NCBI GenBank assembly: GCA_963667785.2
Contig: CAXXMU010000001.1
Location: forward strand, 544,001 to 608,000
DNA length: 64,000 nucleotides
Direction of reading: 5' to 3'
Source of the DNA: Alphaproteobacteria bacterium
GTDB lineage: Bacteria; Pseudomonadota; Alphaproteobacteria; UBA828
Shown: one piece after another, positions 21,140-30,888 of the stretch
Layout of the letters: each line of letters starts with the position of its first letter
Numbering within the stretch: the stretch's first letter is position 1
Notes under the pieces: generated by a model
Told to the model about the DNA's origin: nothing
Databases searched by the model: none
Seen by the model: the letters and a program-made list of their open reading frames with translations, nothing else
Made by a program: the position numbers and the translations under genes

Positions 21140-21419
21140 TCTGATCCTCCACTCGCTCGACGGAAGTCGCCCGTTCGCCCACCCGTGCCGGTGCCACGCC
21201 TGCGCTCGGCAGGCCTGGACCTCGGGCGGCCCGGACCCCACATACGAGACGCAACGGCGCGGCCGTCGCCGCGCCGCCGGCTGCAAACGGGACCGGCGAG
21301 GGTCCTACCATGCGGCCTGCCGTTTTTGAAGCCCTCATTGACGGCGGGCGGCGCTCTCGACGATCCTTGGCGCGGTCCAGGCCGGCGCGGAGACGCGCGA
21401 GCAGCGAAGGGCGAACCGG

Positions 21420-22853
21420 ATGAGCCGCGAATCGATCAGCGACGAGATCTTCTTCAACCGCGCCGGCCTCGACCGGCCACGCACCGAAAGGGTCGTCTCG
21501 GACGCGCTGGATGGCGCCGACGACGGCGAGCTCTTCCTGGAATATCGCCAGAGCGAGGGTTTCTCCTTCGACGACGGCCGCCTCAAGAGCGCGAGCTTCG
21601 ACACGAGCCAGGGCTTCGGCCTGCGTGCGGTCTCCGGCGAGACCACGGCCTTCGCCCATGCCGGCGAGCTTGGCGAGGACGCGCTGAAGCGGGCCGCGGA
21701 CAGCGTGCGCGCGGTGCGGCGCGGCCATGGCGGCAGCGTGGCCGAGGGGCCGTCGCAGACCAACCGCTCGCTCTATGTCGCGGACAATCCGCTCGACGGC
21801 ACGCCGTTCGACGCCAAGGTCTCGCTGCTGGCGGAGATCGACGCCTATGCCCGCCGGAAGGAGCCCCGCGTGCGCCAGGTGATGGCCTCGCTGCTCGGCG
21901 AATGGCAGGTGGTGCAGATCATCCGCGCCGACGGCAGCCGCGCCAGCGACGTGCGCCCGCTCGTGCGCCTCAACGTCTCGGTCATGGTCGGCGCCGGCGA
22001 GCGTCAGGAAACCGGCTCGCACGGGGTCGGCGGGCGCGCCGCCTACGATGCGTTCCTCGCGCCCGAGCGCTGGCAGGCGCAGGTGGACGAGGCGCTGCGC
22101 CAGGCGCTGGTCAACCTCGAATCGGTCGCGACGCCCGCCGGCGAGATGCCGGTCGTGCTCGGCCCCGGCTGGCCCGGCATCCTGCTCCACGAGGCAATCG
22201 GCCACGGCCTCGAAGGCGACTTCAACCGCAAGAAGACCAGCGCGTTCTCGGGTCTTCTCGGCGAGCGGGTGGCCTCGCCAGGGGTGACCGTGGTGGACGA
22301 CGGGACCATCGACGATCGCCGCGGCTCGCTCACCGTCGACGACGAGGGCACGCCCACCGGGCGGACCGTGCTGATCGAGGACGGGATCCTGCGCGGCTAC
22401 CTGCAGGACCGCATGAACGCGCGCCTCATGGGCATGGAGCCCACGGGCAACGGCCGCCGGCAGAGCTTCGCCCATGCGCCCATGCCGCGCATGACCAACA
22501 CCTTCATGCTCGACGGTGCCGACGAGCCGGCGGAGATCATCGGCAGGGTCGCCAAGGGCATCTACGCCAAGAACTTCAGCGGCGGCCAGGTGGACATCAC
22601 GTCGGGCAAGTTCGTGTTCTCGGCCGCCGAGGCCTATCTGATCGAGGACGGCAAGACCACCGCGCCACTCAAGGGCGCAAGCCTGATCGGCAACGGCCCC
22701 GACGTGCTCACCCGGGTCGCGGCCATCGGCAACGACTTCGCGCTCGACACCGGCATCGGCACCTGCGGCAAGGCGGGCCAGGGCGTGCCGGTGGGCGTCG
22801 GCCTGCCGACGCTGCTGGTCGATCCCATCACCGTGGGCGGCACCGACACTTAA
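21420..22853 (+). CDS. tldD: Metalloprotease TldD
   Basis: GPGWPGILLHEAIGHGLEGDFNRK, PRMTNT, GTCGKAGQGVPVGVG. Confidence 0.96.
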   Translation: MSRESISDEIFFNRAGLDRPRTERVVSDALDGADDGELFLEYRQSEGFSFDDGRLKSASFDTSQGFGLRAVSGETTAFAHAGELGEDALKRAADSVRAVRRGHGGSVAEGPSQTNRSLYVADNPLDGTPFDAKVSLLAEIDAYARRKEPRVRQVMASLLGEWQVVQIIRADGSRASDVRPLVRLNVSVMVGAGERQETGSHGVGGRAAYDAFLAPERWQAQVDEALRQALVNLESVATPAGEMPVVLGPGWPGILLHEAIGHGLEGDFNRKKTSAFSGLLGERVASPGVTVVDDGTIDDRRGSLTVDDEGTPTGRTVLIEDGILRGYLQDRMNARLMGMEPTGNGRRQSFAHAPMPRMTNTFMLDGADEPAEIIGRVAKGIYAKNFSGGQVDITSGKFVFSAAEAYLIEDGKTTAPLKGASLIGNGPDVLTRVAAIGNDFALDTGIGTCGKAGQGVPVGVGLPTLLVDPITVGGTDT

Positions 22854-22858
22854 GTCTC

Positions 22859-23088
22859 TTCCCTCGACGGCGGGCGCTCGCTCCGCTCGCCCCCGCGCGC
22901 GTATCCGCGCGACGCTCGCTTGCCTACGCGCCTTCGCGCATCGTGCGCTTGCACACGTGGGCGTGCGACGCGCGGTCGCGCCGTCCGGGCCTGACGGCCC
23001 GGTTCCCTCGACGGCGGGCGCCTTGCGTCGCTGCCTTTTCTCCCTCTCCTCCCCGGCGGTGAGGAGAGGGCCGGGGTGAGGAGGGGGC
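22859..23088. repeat. Intergenic MITE/REP-like palindromic element with 19-bp direct repeats
   Basis: ttccctcgacggcgggcgc at 22859-22877 and 23003-23021; internal hairpins; ccctctcctc...gaggagaggg palindrome at ~23042-23070. Confidence 0.55.
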
Positions 23089-23093
23089 TATTC

Positions 23094-24575
23094 CTAGAGC
23101 AACGGCGCCTGTCCGCCCTCGTCGCTCTCGGGCCCCTTCTTGCGGGGCCTCGCGCGGCCGGCGGCCTGCGCAGCGGCACGCCCGTCCCGGAACTCGAGCG
23201 AGAGAGCGGCGCCGGGCTTGACGGCGGCGGCGCTGGTCACGGGCCGCTCGCGCCTGTCGCGCACCACAGCAAAGCCGCGCGCAAGCACGCCCCGGTAGGA
23301 ATAGCCCTCCAGCAGGCGCGCCGCGGTCTCGATCCGCATCGTTCGCTGGCGGAGCGCTGCCTGCATGGCGCGCTCCAACCGGCGGGAGAGCAGATACGTG
23401 GCCTCGCGGGCATGGCCGATTCGCTCCGCCAGGCGGTCGGCCGAGAGGCGGCCGGCTGCGTGGCCGAGCTGCTGGCGCTTGAGGGCGAGGAGCTGGCGCG
23501 GCCGGAGCGGCCGGAGGCGACCCACGGCCCGGCGCTCCCCGTCGAGCCGGCCGCGCACCCCGCGCCCGAGCCGTTCGGACCAGTCGTCGAGCCGCTGGCT
23601 CGCGGCAGCCAGCCTGTCGCGCGCCGCCGGCAGGCCGCGCCCGAGCCCGTCCACGCGCACCCGCCGCTCGGCGATCAGCCGGCGGAACGACGCGCCGAGC
23701 CGGTGTTCCAGGGTGCCCGTGCGCTCGAGCAGGTCGGCGCGCACCGGCACCGCCATCTCGGCGGCCGCCGTCGGCGTCGGCGCGCGGCGGTCGGCGGCGA
23801 GGTCGATCAGCGTCACGTCGGTCTCGTGCCCCACCGCCGATATCAGCGGGATCGCGCTCGCGGCCGCCGCGCGCACCACGGCCTCCTCGTTGAAGGCCCA
23901 GAGGTCCTCCAGGCTGCCGCCGCCGCGGGCGACGATCAGAACGTCCGGCCGCGGCACCGGCGCGCCCTCCTCGAGGCGATTGAAGCCCGCGATCGCCGCG
24001 GCGATCTCGTCTGCCGCGCCCGTGCCCTGGACGGTGACGGGCCAGACCAGCACCCGGCGGGGGAAGCGCTCTTCGACACGGTGCAGGATGTCGCTGATCA
24101 CGGCGCCCGTGGGCGAGGTGACCACGCCGATGGTCTCGGGCAGGAAGGGCAGGTCGCGCTTCCGCGCCTCGTCGAAGAGGCCCTCGGCGGCGAGCGCCTT
24201 CTTGCGCTCCTCCAGCAGCGCGAGCAGGGCGCCCGCGCCGGAAAGCTCCAGCCGCTCGACCACGATCTGATAGCGCGAGCGCCCCGGATAGGTGCTGATC
24301 TTGCCGGTGGCGACGACCTCGAGCCCGTCCTCGGGCACGGTCCCGAGGCGCCCGGCCACGCCGCGCCAGCAGACCGCGTCGAGGACCGCATCCGCGTCCT
24401 TGAGCGCGAAGTAGAGATGGCCCGACGCGGCGCGCTTGAAGCCCGAGACCTCGCCGCGCACGCTGACCCAGGCGAATTCGCCCTCGACCACGCGCTTCAG
24501 CGCGCGCGACAGCTCGCCGACCGTGAGGACCGGCCTGTTGCTGCCGTCAGCGGGGGTGCCGTCCGCCTCCGTCAT
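23094..24575 (-). CDS. xseA: Exodeoxyribonuclease VII large subunit
   Basis: SGHLYFALKD, VTSPTGAVISDI, ARGGGSLEDLWAFNEE, SAVGHETD, APTPTAAAE. Confidence 0.97.
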   Translation of the reverse strand: MTEADGTPADGSNRPVLTVGELSRALKRVVEGEFAWVSVRGEVSGFKRAASGHLYFALKDADAVLDAVCWRGVAGRLGTVPEDGLEVVATGKISTYPGRSRYQIVVERLELSGAGALLALLEERKKALAAEGLFDEARKRDLPFLPETIGVVTSPTGAVISDILHRVEERFPRRVLVWPVTVQGTGAADEIAAAIAGFNRLEEGAPVPRPDVLIVARGGGSLEDLWAFNEEAVVRAAAASAIPLISAVGHETDVTLIDLAADRRAPTPTAAAEMAVPVRADLLERTGTLEHRLGASFRRLIAERRVRVDGLGRGLPAARDRLAAASQRLDDWSERLGRGVRGRLDGERRAVGRLRPLRPRQLLALKRQQLGHAAGRLSADRLAERIGHAREATYLLSRRLERAMQAALRQRTMRIETAARLLEGYSYRGVLARGFAVVRDRRERPVTSAAAVKPGAALSLEFRDGRAAAQAAGRARPRKKGPESDEGGQAPLL

Positions 24576-24599
24576 CGCTTGCAGGCACGCCGCCCGCCC

Positions 24600-25415
24600 T
24601 CAGGGAGCGAAGAAGGCGAGGGTGCGGGTCTCGATGCTCTGACGCGGGCGCGCGTCCGCCGGTGCGTCCGGGTGGGCGAACGCGGTGTGAGCGGTATACC
24701 GCGCCCGGCCGTCGTCGAGAGAATCGAATGTCTTGAAGACCAGCGCCTCGCCGGGGCCCATCTCGGGAAAGTAGAACCAGCGGTGGCCGGGATCGTGGCT
24801 GAGCTGCATCACCTCGCCGACGCGGTGCGTGTAGACCAGGTCGGTCAACACGAAGTCGCGCTCGTCGATGCTCCCGGCATCGCAGATCGCGAGCGGCATG
24901 TCCTGCACCGGGCCCGCGATCGGCCGCCACATCTGGACCACGGCGAAGCGGTGCTGCAGAAGCGCCTCGGCGCGCTCCGCCGGCAGCAGGTCGCGTACCC
25001 GCTGCGGCGCTGAGCGGGGGGTGTAGTCGTTGTGCGCCACGTGCACGGGCTCGCGCACCTTCCGCTCGCTCCGCAGCGTGTCGTCGGCGACGCGGATGGT
25101 GTGGTCGAAGACCAGCACCTCCGCGGCTCCGCTCGCCTGCTTCACGAGCCGCTCGACCTCCGGGCTGTAGACCGCCTCGATCTCGTCGTTGTCGTAGAAA
25201 TCCGAGACCGCGCTTCCCTCGGTGTTGAAGGTGAAGCCCTCGCGCTCCAGATCGAGGTCATCGGCCGTCGGCCGGGCGTCGCGGATCGTGACCTCGACCT
25301 CCCGGTACTCGGCGTTGCGCTGTGCCGGCTTGCTCCCCGGATTGGTCAGGTAGGTAACCGGCTTCGCGTCGGTCGGCAGGATGTAGTTGATCGGGGCGCG
25401 GACGGCTCCAGGCAT
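24600..25415 (-). CDS. CmcJ/AsaB-like non-heme oxidoreductase (often annotated methyltransferase)
   Basis: VFDHTIR, HVAHNDYT, WRPI..PVQDMPLAICDA, HRWFYFPEM, HTAF, RQSIETR. Confidence 0.8.
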   Translation of the reverse strand: MPGAVRAPINYILPTDAKPVTYLTNPGSKPAQRNAEYREVEVTIRDARPTADDLDLEREGFTFNTEGSAVSDFYDNDEIEAVYSPEVERLVKQASGAAEVLVFDHTIRVADDTLRSERKVREPVHVAHNDYTPRSAPQRVRDLLPAERAEALLQHRFAVVQMWRPIAGPVQDMPLAICDAGSIDERDFVLTDLVYTHRVGEVMQLSHDPGHRWFYFPEMGPGEALVFKTFDSLDDGRARYTAHTAFAHPDAPADARPRQSIETRTLAFFAP

Positions 25416-25526
25416 GGCGGCGTTCTCTCGGCTGAAGGGGTGTTGTGGCGGCGCAGCATAGACCGAAGCGCGGGCGACGGCGACCGCGCTCTTGCCCGGC
25501 GAGCGGGAGGCCGTAGACGGACTATG

Positions 25527-25538
25527 GTTACATGTAGC
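25527..25538. promoter_or_regulatory. Near-perfect palindrome, likely antitoxin operator
   Basis: gttacatgtagc (core TACATGTA) just upstream of the DUF3018 gene. Confidence 0.45.
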
Positions 25539-25555
25539 TCTGTGAAGTGGGATCA

Positions 25556-25792
25556 ATGGTGAGAACGTCCAGGACTTCGAGGGCGCCGAACGACAAGGTT
25601 CGCCGGCATCGCGCGCGATTGCCGGAGCGCGGGTTGCGTCCCCTGCAGATCGGGGTGCCCGACACGCGTGTACCAGGTTTCGCGGAGGAAGCCCGCAGAC
25701 AGTCGCTGGCGGTGGCCGGCAGCGAGCGCGCCGAGGCCGATCAGGCCTTCATCGACGCGGTCGGCGAGACCGACCTCGGCATTGCGGAATAG
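25556..25792 (+). CDS. DUF3018/MazE-like antitoxin, orphan and possibly degenerate
   Basis: KVRRHRARL..RGLRPLQI.VPDTR.PGFAEEARRQS. Confidence 0.8.
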   Translation: MVRTSRTSRAPNDKVRRHRARLPERGLRPLQIGVPDTRVPGFAEEARRQSLAVAGSERAEADQAFIDAVGETDLGIAE

Positions 25793-25820
25793 GGCACCGG
25801 CCGAGCGCGCGTCCCGTCGC

Positions 25821-27842
25821 TCAGGCGGCGGCGATCTCCACCTCGACCCCGTGCACGCAGGTGCTCTCGCCCATGTCCGACTTGATGCCGGGGTTGAGGA
25901 CGTTGACGTTGGCGCGCGTGCCTTCCTGGCGTGGCCAGCGGCCCTTGGGGCTGAGCGCGACGCCTGGCGGAATCGTCTCGGCGACGGCGAGATCGAGCTC
26001 GAGGCTGCCGGTCTCGTTCGAGAGCCGCACCCGCTGCCCCTCCGTGAGGCCGCGACGGGCGGCGTCCTCGGGATGCAGCGTCACCGTCGCCTCGCCCATG
26101 CGGTCCGCGATCCTCCGGTCGTTGGCGTAGGAATCGTTCATCAGCCAGGGCGAGGCGGGCGTGAGCAGGCGCAGCCGGCCGCTCCCCGGCCTCGGGTCGG
26201 CGTCCGCCAGCGGCAGGCGCGGGTGGCCGTCGGCCTCGGCGCGGGCCGACGCGATCTCGACCTTGCCGCTCGGCGTCGGAAAGGCGAGGTCGGGGAACTG
26301 GACGATGGGCTCTGCCGTCGGGAAGACCGTGCCGACCTGCTTGAAGTCGTCGAAGGAGCCGGTCACCCCCACCTCGCCCATGATCCGGGCGATGATCTCG
26401 TCGTCGGGCTCGTAGAGTTCCGGCTCCGCAAAGCCCATGGCGCGGGCGAGGCGCCGAAAAATCTCCTGGTTGGGTAGCGATTCGCCCAGCGGCTCCTGCA
26501 GCTTCGCCTGGGCGGAGAAGGAGAGGTTGAAATAGCCCGAGACGAGGTCGTCGAACTCGAGGAAGGAGGCGGCCGGCAGGACGTAGTCCGCATAGTCCGC
26601 GGTGTCGGTCTGGAAGATGTCCACGACCACGGTAAAGAGGTCGTCCCGCATCAGGGCGCGCCGCAATCTTGCCTGCTCCGGGCTGGAGGCGGCCGGGTTG
26701 ATGTTCCAGCAGAGGAAGGCCCGGATGTCCGCCGGGTCTTCGAGCCGGGCCGCGAGCTCCATCTGGCTGAAGGTCGGCGGGCTCTGGCTGATCGCGGCGC
26801 CCGACAGATAATCGCCGTCCACGCCCTTGCGGCCGCCGCCGTTGAGGTAGAGCAGGCCCGCGCCGGGCTTGCCGAAGTTGCCGGTCACCGCCGGCAGCAG
26901 CGCGCAGGCCCGCACCACGTTGCCGCCCATCGCCTGGCGTTGCAGCCCCTGGCCGAGCCAGAGAAGGGCGGGGCCCGCGCCGTAGATGCGCGCGGCTTCC
27001 TCGATCGCGGCCGCCGGCACGCCCGTGCGCGCCTCGCCCCAGGCCGGTGTGCAGAGGGCGATGGCGGGCTCCAGCTCGTCCCAGCCGAGCGTGTGTGCCG
27101 CGAGGAACGCGCGGTCGATCAGCCCGTCCCGGACCAGCACGTGAACCATGGCGAAGGCGAGTGCGGCGTCGCTGCCGGGGAAGGGCTGCAGGTGGATGTC
27201 GGCCTGCTCGGCGGTGGGGTGGCGCACCGGGTCGACCACGATCACCGTCCCCGGCGCCTCCTTCAGCCAGTGCTTGTGCTGATGCGGCGCGGAGGCGGAC
27301 GGGTTCGCGCCCCAGACGACGATGGAGTTGGAGTCCTTCGCCGTGCGCGGGTCGAAGCCGATGACCGACGTGCCGATCGCGTAGTCGAGCGCGACATGGC
27401 CCGCCATGTTGCACACCGTGTCGGGCTCCACCTCGCGGGCGCCGAGGCGGCCGAGGAAGCGCATGGGGAAGTTGTTGGCGATCAGCGAGCAGGTGCCGGT
27501 GTAGTGAGCGTGCACGATCCTGTCGGCGCCGGGGCCTTCCGCGATGGCCCTGAAGCGCGCCGCGATATCGCCGATGGCCTCGTCCCACGAGACCGGCTCG
27601 AAGCGGCCTTCTCCCTTGACGCCTGCGCGCCGGAGCGGCGTGAGCAGCCTGGCGTCTGCGTCGCGGAAGACGCCGTTGTAGGCGAGCGCGCACTTGCCGC
27701 AGAGCGCGCCCCGGCTCACCGGGTGGTCCGGGTCGCCGAGGACGCGGGTGATCGCGCCGCCGCGCTTGATCGCGACGATGCCGCAGGCGTCGTAGCAATC
27801 GCGCGGGCAGGTGGTCTTGAGGACTTCCTTCTCGCCAGTCAT
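25821..27842 (-). CDS. Molybdopterin oxidoreductase, DMSO reductase superfamily
   Basis: TTCPRDCYDACG...LCGKC Fe-S motif, RLLTPLRR, WGANP, TDTADYADYVLPAA. Confidence 0.9.
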   Translation of the reverse strand: MTGEKEVLKTTCPRDCYDACGIVAIKRGGAITRVLGDPDHPVSRGALCGKCALAYNGVFRDADARLLTPLRRAGVKGEGRFEPVSWDEAIGDIAARFRAIAEGPGADRIVHAHYTGTCSLIANNFPMRFLGRLGAREVEPDTVCNMAGHVALDYAIGTSVIGFDPRTAKDSNSIVVWGANPSASAPHQHKHWLKEAPGTVIVVDPVRHPTAEQADIHLQPFPGSDAALAFAMVHVLVRDGLIDRAFLAAHTLGWDELEPAIALCTPAWGEARTGVPAAAIEEAARIYGAGPALLWLGQGLQRQAMGGNVVRACALLPAVTGNFGKPGAGLLYLNGGGRKGVDGDYLSGAAISQSPPTFSQMELAARLEDPADIRAFLCWNINPAASSPEQARLRRALMRDDLFTVVVDIFQTDTADYADYVLPAASFLEFDDLVSGYFNLSFSAQAKLQEPLGESLPNQEIFRRLARAMGFAEPELYEPDDEIIARIMGEVGVTGSFDDFKQVGTVFPTAEPIVQFPDLAFPTPSGKVEIASARAEADGHPRLPLADADPRPGSGRLRLLTPASPWLMNDSYANDRRIADRMGEATVTLHPEDAARRGLTEGQRVRLSNETGSLELDLAVAETIPPGVALSPKGRWPRQEGTRANVNVLNPGIKSDMGESTCVHGVEVEIAAA

Positions 27843-27946
27843 GGCGGCCTCCGGCGTCCGTTGTTCGCCGCCAACCTAGCGCGCCGCGCGCATCGCCGGA
27901 ACCCCGTGCTAACCTCCAACGCTTGGGGAGAGGGGGGCAAGCGACG

Positions 27947-28780
27947 ATGCGGACGGTGAGACTGCCGGGCGGCGACGAGGTGGCGGCCCTCGGCCAGGGC
28001 ACGTGGCGGATGGGCGAGCGCCGCAAGGCCTTCAAGGACGAGGTGGCGGCGCTGCGCCACGGCATCGCCAGCGGCATGACCCTCATCGACACGGCGGAGA
28101 TGTACGGCTCCGGCGGCGCCGAGCGGGTGGTGGGCGAGGCGATCCAGGGGCAGCGCGATGCCGTCTACCTGGTGAGCAAGGTGCTGCCGTCGAACGCCGG
28201 GCGCAGGCGCATGGCGCGCGCCTGCGAGAAGAGCCTGAAATGCCTCGGCACCGACCGTCTCGACCTCTACCTGCTGCACTGGCGCGGCGGCGTCTCCCTC
28301 GACGAGACCGTCGAAGGGCTGCTCGCGCTGCGCGACGCCGGCAAGATCCGCCACTTCGGGGTCAGCAACTTCGACACCGACGACATGGCGGAGCTGTGGC
28401 AGACGACGGGCGGCAAGGCCTGCCAGACCAACCAGATCCTCTACAACCTCTCGCGGCGCTGGCCGGAGGCATCGCTCATGGACTGGTCGAGGCGCCACGG
28501 CCAGCCGCTGATGATCTATTCGCCGCTGGAGCAGGGCCGGTTGTCGGAAGGCGGAGCTCTCGGCGCCATCGCCTCGGCGCGCGGCGTGACGGCGATGCAG
28601 GTGGCGCTCGCCTGGACGCTGCGCCACGCGGACACCTTCGTCGTGCCCAAGGCGAGCCGCATCGCCCACGTGGACGAGAACCTGGGCGCGCTCGAGATCG
28701 CGCTCTCGGACGACGAGCTTGCCGCCCTCGACAGGGAGTTCCCGCCGCCGGAAGGCGCCGCGCCGCTCGAGATTCTCTGA
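27947..28780 (+). CDS. Aldo/keto reductase
   Basis: LGQGTW, LIDTAEMYG, DLYLLHW, GVSNF, NQILYN. Confidence 0.92.
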   Translation: MRTVRLPGGDEVAALGQGTWRMGERRKAFKDEVAALRHGIASGMTLIDTAEMYGSGGAERVVGEAIQGQRDAVYLVSKVLPSNAGRRRMARACEKSLKCLGTDRLDLYLLHWRGGVSLDETVEGLLALRDAGKIRHFGVSNFDTDDMAELWQTTGGKACQTNQILYNLSRRWPEASLMDWSRRHGQPLMIYSPLEQGRLSEGGALGAIASARGVTAMQVALAWTLRHADTFVVPKASRIAHVDENLGALEIALSDDELAALDREFPPPEGAAPLEIL

Positions 28781-28796
28781 GAGCGATGAGGCCGGG

Positions 28797-29687
28797 TCAG
28801 CTCCCCTGACCGATCATCTTCATGATGCCCGAGAAATCGTCCGTGCCGTTGCCGGCGTTGCAGAAGAGGGTGTAGAGAGCGGCCGCCTCTGCGCCCAGCG
28901 GCGAGGCCGCACCGGCCGAGGCCGCGGCCCCCTGGGCGAGCCGGAGGTCCTTCAGCATCATCTCGGCGGTGAAGCCCGGCGCATAGTCGCGGTTCGACGG
29001 CGCCGCCTCCACCGGCCCCGGAACCGGGCAGTAGGAGGTGAGTGCCCAGCACTGGCCGGTCGCCTTGGAGACGATGTCGAACAGCGTCTGGCGCTCGAGC
29101 CCGAGCCGGTCCGCCATCCCGAAGGCCTCGCAGACGCCGATCATCGAGACCGCGAGGATCAGGTTGTTGCAGATCTTGGCGGTCTGGCCCGCGCCGGAGG
29201 AGCCGGCATGCACCACGGCCTTGCCCATGTCGCCCAGCACCGGACGGGCGCGCTCGACCGCGTCGGCCTCGCCGCCGACCATGAAGGTGAGCGTGCCGGC
29301 GGCAGCACCCGCGACGCCGCCGGAGACCGGCGCATCCAGCAACGGCCAGCCGCCCTCTGCCGCGGCGCCCGCGACGCTGCGGGCGGTGTCCACGTCGATG
29401 GTCGAGCAGTCGATGAAGAGCGCGCCCGGCGCGGCGGACGAGAAGACCCCGCCATCGCCCCGATAGACCTCGGCGACATGGGCGCCGGCCGGCAGCATGG
29501 TGACGACCACCTCCCGCCCGCGCGCCGCCTCGGCGATCGAGCCCGCCGCAGCGGCGCCCGCGTCCCGCGCGGCATCGAGGGCCGCCTGGCTGATGTCGAA
29601 GGCGCTGACCGCATGGCCCGCCGCCGCCAGGTTGGCGGCCATCGGCCCCCCCATGTTGCCGAGCCCGATGAAGCCGATATCCGCCAT
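28797..29687 (-). CDS. mmsB: 3-hydroxyisobutyrate dehydrogenase
   Basis: IGFIGLGNMGGPMA, DAPVSGG, KICNN, YCPVPGP, LKDLRLA. Confidence 0.95.
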   Translation of the reverse strand: MADIGFIGLGNMGGPMAANLAAAGHAVSAFDISQAALDAARDAGAAAAGSIAEAARGREVVVTMLPAGAHVAEVYRGDGGVFSSAAPGALFIDCSTIDVDTARSVAGAAAEGGWPLLDAPVSGGVAGAAAGTLTFMVGGEADAVERARPVLGDMGKAVVHAGSSGAGQTAKICNNLILAVSMIGVCEAFGMADRLGLERQTLFDIVSKATGQCWALTSYCPVPGPVEAAPSNRDYAPGFTAEMMLKDLRLAQGAAASAGAASPLGAEAAALYTLFCNAGNGTDDFSGIMKMIGQGS

Positions 29688-29737
29688 GTCGATACCTCCC
29701 TTGTCCCTGCCTCGCCGCCGCAGGCGCGCGCCGGCGC

Positions 29738-30808
29738 CTACCAGAATTCCATGTCGCCCCTGGGCGGCTCCTCGAAATAGGCATCGACCGCCTGCGCCGA
29801 CACCTCCTCCAGCCGCGCCGGGCGCCACGCCGGGTTGCGGTCCTTGTCGACGATCTGGGCGCGGATGCCCTCGAAGAAGTCGACGCCCAGGTTGCAGTGC
29901 ATGGCGAGCCGGTATTCCAGCGCCATCGCCTCCTCGAAGCCGCGTTCGCCATACTCGGTGAGCTGCTTGAAGGTGACCTTGAGACTGGTCGGCGACTTCT
30001 GGGCGAGGGTGGCGCGCGTCTCCGCCGCCCACTCGCTCCCCTCGGCCTCGAGCCTCTCCATGATCTCCTCCACGGAGCCCGCGCCGAAGCAGCGGTCGAT
30101 CGCCGCCTGGTGAGGGGCGAGCGGGGCGGGGCCAGGATCGATGACGCTCTCGGCAAGCAGCCCGTCGATGGTGGCGGGCGCGTCGTCGCCGAGGTCGGCC
30201 GCCAGCAGGGTCTCGTCCAGCGCCTGCAGCGCGTCGCCCGGCACCACGTGGGTCGCGAGCCCGAGATAGAGCGAATCGGCGGCGCCGATGCGTGCGCCGG
30301 TGAGGCCGAGGTAGAGCCCGCTCCGGCCCCGGAGCCTGGGCAGGAAATAGGTCGCGCCGACATCCGGGAAGAGGCCGATCCCGGTCTCGGGCATGGCGAA
30401 CAGCGCGCGCTCGGTCATCACGCGGTGCGAGCCGTGAATCGAGATTCCGACCCCGCCGCCCATGACCACGCCGTCGATCAGCGCGACGTAGGGCTTGGGG
30501 TAGCGGAAGATGAACGTGTTGATGCGGTATTCCTGGGCGTAGAAGACGGTGGCGAAGCTGCGCTCGGGGTCGTCCCGCTCGCCGTAGAGGAGGCGGATGT
30601 CGCCGCCGGCGCAGAAGGGCACCCGGCCGTCGTCCCGCGCCGCCCCGCGGATGACCACGGCTGCGATCGCGGGGTCCTCCGCCCATTCCCTGAGCCGCGC
30701 GTCGAGGCCCAGCACCATCGGCTGGGTCAGCGCGTTGAGCGCGCGCGGCCGGTTGAGCGTGATGCTGCCGACCCGGCCCTTCTGCTCCAGAATGATCTCG
30801 TCGCTCAC
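29738..30808 (-). CDS. 3-hydroxyisobutyryl-CoA hydrolase (enoyl-CoA hydratase family)
   Basis: LNRPRALNAL, FCAGGDI, GVVMGGGVG, AMPETGIGLFPDVG, DFFEGIRA. Confidence 0.9.
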   Translation of the reverse strand: MSDEIILEQKGRVGSITLNRPRALNALTQPMVLGLDARLREWAEDPAIAAVVIRGAARDDGRVPFCAGGDIRLLYGERDDPERSFATVFYAQEYRINTFIFRYPKPYVALIDGVVMGGGVGISIHGSHRVMTERALFAMPETGIGLFPDVGATYFLPRLRGRSGLYLGLTGARIGAADSLYLGLATHVVPGDALQALDETLLAADLGDDAPATIDGLLAESVIDPGPAPLAPHQAAIDRCFGAGSVEEIMERLEAEGSEWAAETRATLAQKSPTSLKVTFKQLTEYGERGFEEAMALEYRLAMHCNLGVDFFEGIRAQIVDKDRNPAWRPARLEEVSAQAVDAYFEEPPRGDMEFW

Positions 30809-30888
30809 GGCGCCTCCGCCCCGCTCGTTCGGCGCCGCATCCTAAGGACAAGCTCCCGATGGGGGAATAGCCGCCGGGCCTGCCCCTC

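Noticed and set aside
21320-21345. FNR/FixK box upstream of the cox operon
   Set aside because: ttgaagccctcatt does not match TTGAT-N4-ATCAA.
19125-23062. Very long alternative ORFs (1116 aa, 1006 aa) and similar ones at 1100, 53865 and 60638
   Set aside because: Arg/Gly/Ala-rich off-frame or antisense products of stop-poor high-GC DNA overlapping well-supported genes.
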